Part shown: positions 24,353-33,081 of the stretch, piece by piece
Layout: each line of letters opens with the position of its first letter
Numbering within the stretch: position 1 is the stretch's first letter
Assembly: GCA_036820975.1 (NCBI GenBank)
Contig: DAISKN010000003.1
Location: forward strand, 1 to 33,780
From: Acidobacteriota bacterium
Lineage (GTDB): Bacteria > Acidobacteriota > Vicinamibacteria > Marinacidobacterales > SMYC01
Length of the DNA stretch: 33,780 nt
Reading direction: 5' to 3'
Notes under the pieces: generated by a model
Told to the model about the DNA's origin: nothing
Seen by the model: the letters and a program-made list of their open reading frames with translations, nothing else
Database searches by the model: none
Translations under genes and position numbers: made by a program

Positions 24353-25750
24353 ATGTCCAATGTCACCGAAGCGGCCGTTCTCGAGAAGCTCTCGAGCCTT
24401 CACGATCCCGATCTGGGCCGCGACATCGTCTCGTTGGGCTTCGTGAAGAACGTCCGAATCTGCGCGCCCATCGTGAGCTGCGACATCGAGCTCGCGAATC
24501 CCGCGAGCCTGGTGAAGGAGCGACTGCAGCGGGAAGCCGAAGCCGCCCTTCGCGAGATTCCCGGAATCGACCAGGCGAACGTGAAGATGACCTGGGCGGT
24601 GACCGCCTCTCCCGAGGCCTCGCAGAGGATCCTTCCCGGCGGGCAGACCCTGCCCGCCCCCCAGAAGCCGCCCGGGGTCAAGAACCTGATCGCGGTGGCC
24701 TCGGGAAAGGGAGGAGTCGGCAAGTCCACGGTCGCCGCGAACCTCGCCGTCGCCCTCCGCGAGACGGGCGCTTCCGTCGGCCTCTGCGACGCCGACGTCT
24801 ACGGGCCCTCCCAGGGGACGATGTTCGGCTTGTCGGACCAGCCGGAGGCGGACGCCGAGAGGCGCCTCATCCCGCTCGAATCGCGCGGGGTGAAGATCAT
24901 GTCGATGGGGCTCCTCACCTCGAAGGAGACTCCAGTCATCTGGCGCGGGCCCATGGCCACCCGGCTCATCCAGCAGTTCCTCTCGGGCGTCGCCTGGGGC
25001 GAGCTCGACTATCTGGTGATCGATCTACCGCCGGGAACCGGCGACGTGCAGCTCACGCTCACCCAGAGCGTTCCGCTGACGGGCGCGGTCATCGTCACCA
25101 CTCCCCAGGACGTCGCCCGGACCATCGCCGAAAAAGGTCTGCGGATGTTTCAGCCGGTTCAGGTCCCGGTCCTCGGGGTCATCGAGAACATGAGCTATTT
25201 CGTCTGCTCCCACTGCCAGGAGAAGACGTTCATATTTCGCGAGGGAGGCGGAAAGCAGATCAGCGACGAGCTCGGGATCCCGTTTCTCGGCGGAATTCCC
25301 ATCGATCCCGAGGTGGTTCTCGCCGGAGACGAAGGCGTTCCGATCGTGGCGCGCAACCCCTCGTCTCCCGCCGCCGTCGCTTATCGGGAAATCGCCTCGA
25401 AGGTGGCGAGCGCCGTCGCCCGGGCGAACTTCGAGAGCGGTTCGGCGAAACGTCCGAAGGAGATGGTAGGCGAGGCGCGGGAGCTGCGGATCGTCTGGAA
25501 CGACGGTTCGGAGTCGTCCTACCCCTACGACTTCCTCCGGAACCATTGCCCCTGCGCTCTCTGCGTCGACGAGTGGACGGGCAAGCGGAAGAGCCTGGTG
25601 CTCCTGCTCCCGTCGAACTTCCGCGCGATGAAGATCGACCCCGTCGGCAACTACGCGATCCAGATCGGCTGGTCCGACGGCCACAACTCCGGGATCTACA
25701 GCTTCAGACTGCTGAAAGAGCTGGAAGAGAAGCTTCGAGCCAAGGCTTAA
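24353..25750 (+). CDS. Mrp/NBP35/ApbC-family Fe-S cluster carrier ATPase fused to N-terminal DUF59 (MIP18-like) and C-terminal DUF971 domains
   Basis: 465-aa ORF. DUF59-like N-terminus: VLEKLSSLHDPDLGRDIVSLGFV. Deviant Walker A: IAVASGKGGVGKST. CxxC cluster ligands: CSHCQEK. DUF971-like tail: LRIVWNDGSESSYPYDFLRNHCPCALCVDEWTG...IQIGWSDGHNSGIYSF. Confidence 0.85.
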   Translation: MSNVTEAAVLEKLSSLHDPDLGRDIVSLGFVKNVRICAPIVSCDIELANPASLVKERLQREAEAALREIPGIDQANVKMTWAVTASPEASQRILPGGQTLPAPQKPPGVKNLIAVASGKGGVGKSTVAANLAVALRETGASVGLCDADVYGPSQGTMFGLSDQPEADAERRLIPLESRGVKIMSMGLLTSKETPVIWRGPMATRLIQQFLSGVAWGELDYLVIDLPPGTGDVQLTLTQSVPLTGAVIVTTPQDVARTIAEKGLRMFQPVQVPVLGVIENMSYFVCSHCQEKTFIFREGGGKQISDELGIPFLGGIPIDPEVVLAGDEGVPIVARNPSSPAAVAYREIASKVASAVARANFESGSAKRPKEMVGEARELRIVWNDGSESSYPYDFLRNHCPCALCVDEWTGKRKSLVLLLPSNFRAMKIDPVGNYAIQIGWSDGHNSGIYSFRLLKELEEKLRAKA

Positions 25751-25754
25751 ATAC

Positions 25755-25822
25755 AAGGGGGATGTGGAGACCGGGGGGATAAGGGGATAAATCTTTTCCG
25801 GTCTTATCTCCACATCCCCCTT
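25755..25822. terminator. long stem-loop between convergent mrp-like gene and rel (bidirectional terminator candidate)
   Basis: aagggggatgtggaga (25755-25770) pairs perfectly with tctccacatccccctt (25807-25822). The stem extends inward by gaccgg/ccggtc across a 3-nt bulge. The loop contains tandem ggggataa ggggataa. Confidence 0.6.
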
Positions 25823-25831
25823 CTTACACTC

Positions 25832-27988
25832 CTACCGCATTCCCGGTCGTGCTACGTCGAGGACGCCTTCCACCGAGCGTATGGACCGCGCGATGCGGTC
25901 GAGCTCTTTCACGTTGCTGATGGAGACGGTGACGTCGATTGCCCCCTTCCGGTCCTCGAAGGTCTTCGCCTCGATGGTGCGGATGTCGGTGTTCATGTCG
26001 GCGATGATCGAGGTGATGTCCGCGAGGATCCCCTTGCGGTCCTCGACGTTCACCGAGAGGGTGATGTCGTACTTCGCGTCCTTCTCGCCCTGCCAGGACA
26101 CTTCGACCCGGCGCTCCGGGTCCACCATCAGCTTCAGGAGGTTGGGGCACTGCGCGGAATGGACCGACACCCCCTTGCCCCGGGTGACGTAGCCGGTGAT
26201 GCTCTCGCCCGGGATGGGGTTGCAGCACTTCGCGCGATAGACCATGAGGTCGTCCATGCCGTCGACCTTGATCTTGTCGTCCGCGCCCTTCAGCACGCGC
26301 CGGACCGCGCGGGCCAGGCTGGCGCCGGCGCCGGTCTTTTCCTGCAGCCGATCGGGCGGGACGAGCCGGGCGAGCAGCTTTCTCGGGGAAAGCTTTCCGT
26401 ACCCGATCGCGGCGAACAGGTCGTCGTTCTTCGAGAAGCCGTACTCTCTCAGGATCTCCTGGAGCGGGGTCCCGTCGACCGCTTGCTTCAGGCTGAGATC
26501 GAACCTCTGCGACTCCTTCTCCAGGAGTTTCCTTCCGATCTCGATGCTGCGCTGGCGCTCGGCGGCGTTGAGGAACACCCGAATCTTGTCGCGGGCCCTC
26601 GAGGTGACGACGAACGAGAGCCAATCGCGGCTGGGGCGATGGCCGCGGGAAGTGAGGATCTCGACGATGTCCCCGTTCTTGAGCTTGTAGCGAAGGGGGA
26701 CCATGAGCCCGTTGACCCGGGAGCCGACGCACTGGTGGCCGACGTCGGTATGGATGGCATAGGCGAAGTCGACGGGAGTCGCCCCCCGGGGAAAGGACTT
26801 CACGTCCCCCTTGGGGGTGAAACAGAACACGTCCTCGGGATAGAGGTCGACCTTGAGGTTGTTGAGGAACTCGTGGGGGTCCTTGACTTCGCGCTGCCAT
26901 TCGATGATCTGCCGGAGCCAGGCGAAGTTCTGGATGTCCTCTTCACCGAGGGGCCTTCCTTCCTTGTACTTCCAGTGGGCGGCGATTCCCTGCTCGGCCA
27001 CCCGGTGCATCTCCTCCGTTCGAATCTGCACCTCGAAGGGGACGCCGACGTCGGTGATGACGCTGGTGTGGAGCGAGCGGTATCCGTTCGGCCGGGGCAT
27101 GGCTATAAAGTCCTTGATCCGGCCCGGCACCGGGCGCCAGGTGTTGTGGATGATGCCGAGCGTGGCATAGCAGTTCTTGACGCTGTCGGAGATGATGCGG
27201 AGAGCGATGAAGTCGTAGACCTGATCGAGCTCGATCTGCTGGCGCTTCATCTTCTGATAGATGCTGTAGATGCTCTTGGTGCGCCCGGTGATGTCCGCCG
27301 GGATTCCGTTCTCCGCCAGGTTCTTCTCCAGGACCCCCTTGACCTCGGCGATGAACTCCTCGGTCCACTTCCTCTTCGCCTCGACCCGAGCGGCGAGGAC
27401 CCCGTAGGCCTTGGGCTCCAGGTTCTTCAGGCAGAGGTCCTCGAGCTCGTTCTTGATCTTGCCGATGCCCAGACGCCCGGCCAGGGGAGCGTAGATCTCC
27501 AGGGTCTCGTTGGCGATGTGTACGCGGCGCTCCTCGGAGAGGTGCTGGAGGGTCCTCATGTTGTGAAGCCGGTCGGCGAGCTTCACCAGGATGATGCGAA
27601 GGTCGTCCACCATCGCCATCAGCATCTTGCGGAAGTTCTCCGCCTGGTGCTCCTCGGCGGAAGAGAACTTCATCTTGCTGATCTTCGTGAGCCCCTCGAT
27701 GATGTGCGCGACTTCCTTCCCGAAGAGCTCCTCCACGCTCTCGATGCTGGTCAGGGTGTCCTCGACGACGTCGTGGAGGAGGCCGCAGGCGACGGAGGCC
27801 TCGTCGAGCTGCATCTCCGCCAGGATATTGGCGACCTCGAGAGGGTGAATGAGGTAAGGCTCGCCCGACTTTCTAAGCTGGTCGCGATGCTCCCGGGCGG
27901 AGAACACGTAGGCCCGGCGCAGGAGCTCCAGGTTTCCGTCCGGCTGGTAGGCACGGACCTTCTCCAGGATGTTCTCGAATCGGATCAT
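25832..27988 (-). CDS. rel: bifunctional (p)ppGpp synthetase/hydrolase (RelA/SpoT homologue)
   Basis: 718-aa ORF with the HD hydrolase domain (EPYLIHPLEVANILAEM...LLHDVVEDT), the synthetase domain (GRTKSIYSIYQKM...DFIALRII...YRSLHTSV), TGS (VFCFTPKGDV) and a C-terminal ACT-like region. Confidence 0.95.
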   Translation of the reverse strand: MIRFENILEKVRAYQPDGNLELLRRAYVFSAREHRDQLRKSGEPYLIHPLEVANILAEMQLDEASVACGLLHDVVEDTLTSIESVEELFGKEVAHIIEGLTKISKMKFSSAEEHQAENFRKMLMAMVDDLRIILVKLADRLHNMRTLQHLSEERRVHIANETLEIYAPLAGRLGIGKIKNELEDLCLKNLEPKAYGVLAARVEAKRKWTEEFIAEVKGVLEKNLAENGIPADITGRTKSIYSIYQKMKRQQIELDQVYDFIALRIISDSVKNCYATLGIIHNTWRPVPGRIKDFIAMPRPNGYRSLHTSVITDVGVPFEVQIRTEEMHRVAEQGIAAHWKYKEGRPLGEEDIQNFAWLRQIIEWQREVKDPHEFLNNLKVDLYPEDVFCFTPKGDVKSFPRGATPVDFAYAIHTDVGHQCVGSRVNGLMVPLRYKLKNGDIVEILTSRGHRPSRDWLSFVVTSRARDKIRVFLNAAERQRSIEIGRKLLEKESQRFDLSLKQAVDGTPLQEILREYGFSKNDDLFAAIGYGKLSPRKLLARLVPPDRLQEKTGAGASLARAVRRVLKGADDKIKVDGMDDLMVYRAKCCNPIPGESITGYVTRGKGVSVHSAQCPNLLKLMVDPERRVEVSWQGEKDAKYDITLSVNVEDRKGILADITSIIADMNTDIRTIEAKTFEDRKGAIDVTVSISNVKELDRIARSIRSVEGVLDVARPGMR

Positions 27989-28108
27989 AGAGGGGGGCGG
28001 AGGCTCCGAAACCAGAGCCCCGAGAGCCCCAAGAACCCCATGATAGAGAGAGGGCGCAAGCGGATCAAGACGATGCCGGGCACGGGCTTACCGGCGATAC
28101 CCTCTTTC

Positions 28109-28137
28109 TTGACTGACCTGGTACCCCATACTATACT
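28109..28137 (+). promoter_or_regulatory. near-consensus sigma70-type promoter (-35 TTGACT, 17-nt spacer, -10 TATACT) upstream of the TPR lipoprotein gene
   Basis: TTGACT at 28109-28114 and TATACT at 28132-28137, in the divergent rel/TPR intergenic region. Confidence 0.5.
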
Positions 28138-28183
28138 TCGCTCCCCAATGGAGATCTCCATGGGAGTAGGGGGTTTTTCGGTC

Positions 28184-29257
28184 ATGCAGACCCATCGTGG
28201 GAAAGTAATCACAGTCTCACTCGTTGCGCTGGTCGCGCTCGGCGGTTGTGCCAACCTTCAGCAGAAGTGGAACATGCTGAAGTCGAGGCGGGCTTTCAAG
28301 CAGGCGAACCTGGACTACGCCAACAAAGATTACCAGGGCGCCATCGACCTCTACAACACGACGCTCGAGCTCGATCCGAATCCCGATCCGCGGGTGCTCG
28401 TGACCACCCATTTCTACCGCGGAAGCAGCCAGCACCTTCTTTACAAACCGTCGAAATTCGACGACCCCGAGAACGACGCCCTGCTGGAGGCGGCGATCAA
28501 GGACTACGAGACGGCGATCGACCTATCCCGCGAACATGCAGCCGAGTTCGAGATGCTCAAGCCCTACCAGCAGTACGGCATGGAGCAGCTGGCCGCGATC
28601 TACCGCGACAACCTGGACGATTTCGAGATGGCCGAGAAGTACTTCAAGGCGCTCATCGAGTTCGACCCCAAGACCCCCGAGCGTTATTACGCCCTCGCCG
28701 ACGTGTACGAGCGGTTCCACGATCCCGAGGAGCTTCCGCTCCTGGAGCAGGCCATCGAGTGCTACAAGAAACCGGTGGACCTGGCCCCCTCGGATCCGCT
28801 GGCGTACCGCCAGGTCGCGAACCTCCTGAACAAGTACGGGCGATTCGACGAGACCATGGAGTGGCTCGGCAAGGCTCGCGACGTCCAGGCGACCAACCCC
28901 GAGGGCTACTACCTCATCGCCGTCCACTACTGGGACAAGGTCTACCGGGATCCCGACCTGACCCCGGACGCCAAGAAGCAGTACATCGAGCTCGGCATGG
29001 CGCAGCTCGATCAAGCTCTCGGGATCGACGACCAGTACGTCGACGCGCTGATCTACAAGAACCTTCTCCTTCGCGAGCAAGCCAAGATCGATCCGCGGCG
29101 AAAGGCCGAGCTCGAGGCGATGGCGAACGAGCTCCGCGACCGCGCGATGGCCCTTCGTGAGAAGCAGCAGGAGGCGGAGAAGGCCGCCGCCGCCGCCGCC
29201 GCGGGCGAGGCCGAGGAAAAAGAGCAGCCGCCGACGCAGCCCCCGTCGAGTCACTGA
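28184..29257 (+). CDS. TPR-repeat lipoprotein
   Basis: Only the last ~358 aa of track ORF 26159..29257 look coding; the rest is antisense to rel. MQTHRGKVITVSLVALVALGGC carries a canonical LGGC lipobox. TPR-like helices follow (YQGAIDLYNTTLELDPNP, AEKYFKALIEFDPKTPERYYALADVY, AIECYKKPVDLAPSDPLAY). The tail is Ala/Glu-rich. Alternative in-frame ATGs lie at 28148 and 28160. Confidence 0.8.
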   Translation: MQTHRGKVITVSLVALVALGGCANLQQKWNMLKSRRAFKQANLDYANKDYQGAIDLYNTTLELDPNPDPRVLVTTHFYRGSSQHLLYKPSKFDDPENDALLEAAIKDYETAIDLSREHAAEFEMLKPYQQYGMEQLAAIYRDNLDDFEMAEKYFKALIEFDPKTPERYYALADVYERFHDPEELPLLEQAIECYKKPVDLAPSDPLAYRQVANLLNKYGRFDETMEWLGKARDVQATNPEGYYLIAVHYWDKVYRDPDLTPDAKKQYIELGMAQLDQALGIDDQYVDALIYKNLLLREQAKIDPRRKAELEAMANELRDRAMALREKQQEAEKAAAAAAAGEAEEKEQPPTQPPSSH

Positions 29258-29294
29258 GGGCCGCGGGCGAGTCCGAAAAACCTCGGAAACTCTA

Positions 29295-29333
29295 CGGGCG
29301 AGGCAGCCCGGTTCGCTCCGGCTGCCTCGCCCG
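29295..29333 (+). terminator. strong stem-loop after the TPR gene
   Basis: cgggcgaggcagcc (29295-29308) pairs perfectly with ggctgcctcgcccg (29320-29333): a 14-bp stem with an 11-nt loop, followed by tcgtgctttcc. Confidence 0.6.
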
Positions 29334-29356
29334 TCGTGCTTTCCGGGCTCCAAAGC

Positions 29357-30070
29357 ATGACGAGCCTCACCGGCTTCAAGGTGCTCCTCATCGACGATGA
29401 CCGAGCCCTGGCGCGGATGCTGTCGGAGTACCTTTCGGGGTACGGCCTCGCGGTGGAGTGGGCCAAGGACGCCGAGGAGGGCCTGGAGAAGGTCCGCGGC
29501 GGCCCTCCCGACGTGGTGATCCTGGACGTCATGCTTCCCGGGCTCGACGGGCTCGGGCTCCTTCCCCGGCTGCGGGCGATCGGCGAGCTTCCCATCCTGA
29601 TGTTGACCGCTCGGGGAGAAGATACGGACCGCATCGTCGGACTCGAGCTGGGGGCGGACGACTACCTCAGCAAGCCTTTCAATCCGCGCGAGCTTCTCGC
29701 GCGTTTGCGGGCGCTCGTCCGCCGGGGACGATCGACGGGCCCGGACACCGGGCTGCTGCGGTTCGGGCGTCTCGCCATCGATCGGACGCGGCGGCAGGTC
29801 CATCTCGGTGAAGAAGAGCGCCCGCTGACGGGGCATCAGTTCGACCTCCTCGTGGCCCTCGCGGAGAACGCGGGCAGAGTCATGACCCGCGACCAGCTTC
29901 TCCGCCTGGTGCGCGGCACCGCGCTCGAGCCCTTCGATCGCTCCATCGACGTCCACGTGTCGCGCATCCGGGCGGCGGTGGAGGAAGACCCGAAGTCCCC
30001 ACGCCGGATCCTGACCATCCGGGGCGTCGGCTACCTGTTCGTGAGCGAGGAGGGTAGGGCGGAGGGTTGA
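29357..30070 (+). CDS. OmpR-family response regulator
   Basis: Receiver domain (KVLLIDDDRALARML...DVVILDVMLPGLDG...LTARGE...KPF) plus a winged-helix output (RPLTGHQFDLLVALAENAGRVMTRDQL...IRGVGYLF). I place the start at ATG 29357 rather than the track GTG at 29336. Confidence 0.9.
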   Translation: MTSLTGFKVLLIDDDRALARMLSEYLSGYGLAVEWAKDAEEGLEKVRGGPPDVVILDVMLPGLDGLGLLPRLRAIGELPILMLTARGEDTDRIVGLELGADDYLSKPFNPRELLARLRALVRRGRSTGPDTGLLRFGRLAIDRTRRQVHLGEEERPLTGHQFDLLVALAENAGRVMTRDQLLRLVRGTALEPFDRSIDVHVSRIRAAVEEDPKSPRRILTIRGVGYLFVSEEGRAEG

Positions 30071-31344
30071 TGCGACGGCTGTACGTCCAGATCTACCTCG
30101 CGTTCGTCGCGAGTCTCGTGCTCCTGGGCTTCCTCTTCTCGGTCACATGGCTCTGGATCACCCCTTCGGATGGAGGCGGCCTGGAGCCGATCGCCGCGAT
30201 GGCGGAGCGGCACCTGCCCCCTCCCGGCGCCTCGCCCGAGGAAGTCGACTCCGCTCTCCAGGAGCTCTCCCGGAATTTTCACCTCAGCCTCGGGCTCTGG
30301 GGGGAGGAGGGGGAGAAGCTCGGCTTCGCCGGCGCCGCGCCTGTTCCTGGACCCGATCCCTCGTGGAAGTCGAGTCGCTTCCTCCGGTCGCGCGGAAGGG
30401 GCATCACCCTCGCCCTTCGCCTGTCGGATGGCAGGTGGCTCGTGGTCCGCCATCGCCAGGGCGCGCACGGCTTCGCGGTGCTTCTCTCCATCGTTCTCTC
30501 CGCCGCCGCCGTCGCCGTTGGCGCCTATCCGCTCGTACGGCGGCTCACCGGCCGGCTGGAGCGCCTCCAGGCGCGCGTCGATGCCCTGGGGGAGGGACAG
30601 CTGGGGTCGCGGGTCGCGGTGGAGGGAAACGACGAGGTAGCGAGTCTGGCCTCGAGCTTCAACCGGGCGGCGGAGCGGATCGAGCGGCTGGTCGAGGCGC
30701 AGAGGACGCTGCTGGCGGGCGCCTCCCACGAGCTGCGCTCGCCCCTCACGCGGATTCGCCTCGCGGTCGAGCTCATGGGCGATCGCGCGCCCGCGACGTT
30801 GAGGGCAAGTATCGAGAAGGAGATCGCCGATCTCGACGAGCTCATCGGCGAGCTGATCCTGGCCTCCAGGATCGAGGCCCGCCAGGCGATGGGACGAGAG
30901 GAGGGGATCGACCTGCTGGCGCTCGCGGCCGAAGAGGCCTCGAGGTACGACGCTCGTCTCGAGGGCTCGCCGGTGGAGATTCAGGGGGACCGCGGGCTCG
31001 TGCGCCGCATGGTCCGAAATCTCCTCGAGAACGCCCGGCGGCACGCCCCCGCATCTCCCATCGAGATCAGCGTCGGTCCGAGGGACGGCGAAGTAGCGCG
31101 CATCCAGGTCCTCGACCGGGGCGCGGGCGTTGCCGAGGAAGAGCGGGAGAAGATCTTCGAGCCGTTCTACTCGTCTCCGGGCGCTCCGGGAACCGGGGAT
31201 AGAGGCATCGGACTCGGGCTCGCGCTGGTCCGTCGGATCGCGAGATACCACGGAGGGGACGCGCGGTGCCTGGCTCGGGCCGGAGGCGGCAGCGTCTTCG
31301 AAGTCGACCTCGGTCGGGCCCGCGACCTCGCGGCCAGGAAATAG
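30067..31344 (+). CDS. sensor histidine kinase (two TM helices, HAMP, HisKA, HATPase_c)
   Basis: ATGA overlap with the regulator gene. H-box ASHELRSPLTRI, N-box NLLENARRHA, G-boxes VLDRGAGV and GIGLGLALV. Confidence 0.9.
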   Translation: MMRRLYVQIYLAFVASLVLLGFLFSVTWLWITPSDGGGLEPIAAMAERHLPPPGASPEEVDSALQELSRNFHLSLGLWGEEGEKLGFAGAAPVPGPDPSWKSSRFLRSRGRGITLALRLSDGRWLVVRHRQGAHGFAVLLSIVLSAAAVAVGAYPLVRRLTGRLERLQARVDALGEGQLGSRVAVEGNDEVASLASSFNRAAERIERLVEAQRTLLAGASHELRSPLTRIRLAVELMGDRAPATLRASIEKEIADLDELIGELILASRIEARQAMGREEGIDLLALAAEEASRYDARLEGSPVEIQGDRGLVRRMVRNLLENARRHAPASPIEISVGPRDGEVARIQVLDRGAGVAEEEREKIFEPFYSSPGAPGTGDRGIGLGLALVRRIARYHGGDARCLARAGGGSVFEVDLGRARDLAARK

Positions 31345-31347
31345 AGA

Positions 31348-31380
31348 GGGGAGGCGGGAGCCCTTGCTCTCCGCCTCCCC
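31348..31380. terminator. stem-loop between convergent histidine kinase and exbD genes
   Basis: ggggaggcgg (31348-31357) pairs with ccgcctcccc (31371-31380): a perfect 10-bp stem directly after the kinase stop codon. Confidence 0.55.
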
Positions 31381-31422
31381 AGATCGCGAGTTACCGCTAT
31401 TCGGCCGCTGGCCCGGCAGGAC

Positions 31423-31857
31423 TCAGCGGCTGCCGCCGCCGAGGCTCCCCGGGTCCGGTGGCACGATGCCCACGCGCTCGACGCCATTGCCCCGAACGAC
31501 GTCGAGAACCGAGACCACGTCTCCGTAGGTCAAGGTCGGGGACGCTCTCAGGAAGATGGTCTTGTCCGCGCGAGTCTCGAAGATGTCGCGTATCCGAAGC
31601 GGGAGCTCGTCCATATTGACAGGCTGCTTGTTGATGGTCACCTGTCCATTGGGATCGATGTCGAGCACCAGCTGGTTCGGATCCGGCGGAGCGTCCGGGA
31701 GGTTGTCCGCGGATTCGGGCAGCTCCACGTCCAGACCCTTCTGCGTCAGAGGCGTCACCACCATGAAGATGATGAGCAGCACCAGCATGACGTCGATGAG
31801 CGGCGTCACGTTGGGCTCCGACATCGCGCCGCCCTTCTTGCCCGTTGACATACCCAT
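31423..31857 (-). CDS. exbD: ExbD/TolR-family biopolymer transport protein (second copy)
   Basis: 144-aa ORF with NVTPLIDVMLVLLIIFMV, the ExbD TM signature, last gene in the tonB-exbB-exbD-exbD order. Confidence 0.9.
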   Translation of the reverse strand: MGMSTGKKGGAMSEPNVTPLIDVMLVLLIIFMVVTPLTQKGLDVELPESADNLPDAPPDPNQLVLDIDPNGQVTINKQPVNMDELPLRIRDIFETRADKTIFLRASPTLTYGDVVSVLDVVRGNGVERVGIVPPDPGSLGGGSR

Positions 31858-31890
31858 AGAATGTGCTCCTTCGAAAAGATCGATGCTGGA

Positions 31891-32307
31891 TCAGCTACTC
31901 GTCTTGATCTCGGTGATTAGGCCGATCTCGTCCGCCCCGCCGTCCCGGCACAGATCCATGACGCGCAGGACGTCGCCGTACTCCAAAGCTTCGTCGGCCT
32001 TGAGGAACAGCACTCTCTCGGCCTTCCCCTCGAACTCCTCGATCAGTTTCGTCGGCAGCTCCGATTCCGTAATCGGCAGCATATTGAGGTAGACGGTGTT
32101 GTCCTTGCGGACGGCGACGGTGACGACCGATTCGTTATCGGGATGGTCCGAGGGGAACTCGGCCTCCGGCAGCTTCACGTCGACGCCTTTCTGGAGGAGA
32201 GGGGTGATCACCATGAAGATGATGAGCAACACCAGCATCACGTCCGCGAGAGGCGTCACGTTGATTTCGGAATTGATGCCCTTTTGACCTAATCCGCTCA
32301 TGCCCAT
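31891..32307 (-). CDS. exbD: ExbD/TolR-family biopolymer transport protein (first copy)
   Basis: 138-aa ORF with INVTPLADVMLVLLIIFMV. Confidence 0.9.
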   Translation of the reverse strand: MGMSGLGQKGINSEINVTPLADVMLVLLIIFMVITPLLQKGVDVKLPEAEFPSDHPDNESVVTVAVRKDNTVYLNMLPITESELPTKLIEEFEGKAERVLFLKADEALEYGDVLRVMDLCRDGGADEIGLITEIKTSS

Positions 32308-32352
32308 GGCTTGGTCTCCCTGTAGAGAATGTCGAAGTAGAAGCGCAACCGG

Positions 32353-33030
32353 TTAGGTCGCGGTCTTCTTCGCCATATAGTCGATGAGCTCCGAGGCGCT
32401 GTTGTCCATCTCGACGGTGAAACCTTCGACGCGGGTGCTCAGGTAGTTGAACGCCCACACCGCGGGGATGGCCACGAACAGACCGAAAGCCGTGGCGACC
32501 AGGGCCTCGGCGATACCGGCCGACACCGCTCCGATACCGCCGGAGCCGGTGAGCGCCATGCCTCGGAACGCGTTGATGATGCCCGCGACCGTTCCGAACA
32601 GACCCACGAACACCGCGGTGGCGCCGACGGTCGCGAGGCCGGAAAGCCCGCGCCTGAGGTCGGTGAGGTTCAGGGCGGTGGCCCGCTCGATGGCGCGGTG
32701 AGCCGCTTCCATCATCTCGTCACGGCTGACGCCGCCCGACTCCTTCTGGTACTCGTACTCGTTGAGGCCCGCGAGCAGGACCTTGGCGAGGTGGCTGTTC
32801 TTGACTTCCTTGCCGCTGCTGATCTTGATCGCTTCCTGAATCTTTCCATCCTTCAGGAGCTTCGCCACCTTGGGGGCATAGACCCGGGACTGCTTCTTGG
32901 CCTTGCGGTAGGTCATGAAGCGCTCGATCATTATGCTCAGCGAATAGATCGACATGATCAACATCACCAGGTTGACCAACTTCGCGGTAAGACCCATGTG
33001 CTGCCAAATATCCAACAAGCTAAAGGACAT
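32353..33030 (-). CDS. exbB: MotA/TolQ/ExbB proton-channel protein
   Basis: 225-aa ORF with three TM helices and the conserved LATVGATAVFVGLFGTVAGII...AGIAEALVATAFGL motif. Confidence 0.9.
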   Translation of the reverse strand: MSFSLLDIWQHMGLTAKLVNLVMLIMSIYSLSIMIERFMTYRKAKKQSRVYAPKVAKLLKDGKIQEAIKISSGKEVKNSHLAKVLLAGLNEYEYQKESGGVSRDEMMEAAHRAIERATALNLTDLRRGLSGLATVGATAVFVGLFGTVAGIINAFRGMALTGSGGIGAVSAGIAEALVATAFGLFVAIPAVWAFNYLSTRVEGFTVEMDNSASELIDYMAKKTAT

Positions 33031-33081
33031 TATTTCCTCCTGTATTCGTCCTGGCTGGGTGCATCGGAATCATCGAAAGAC

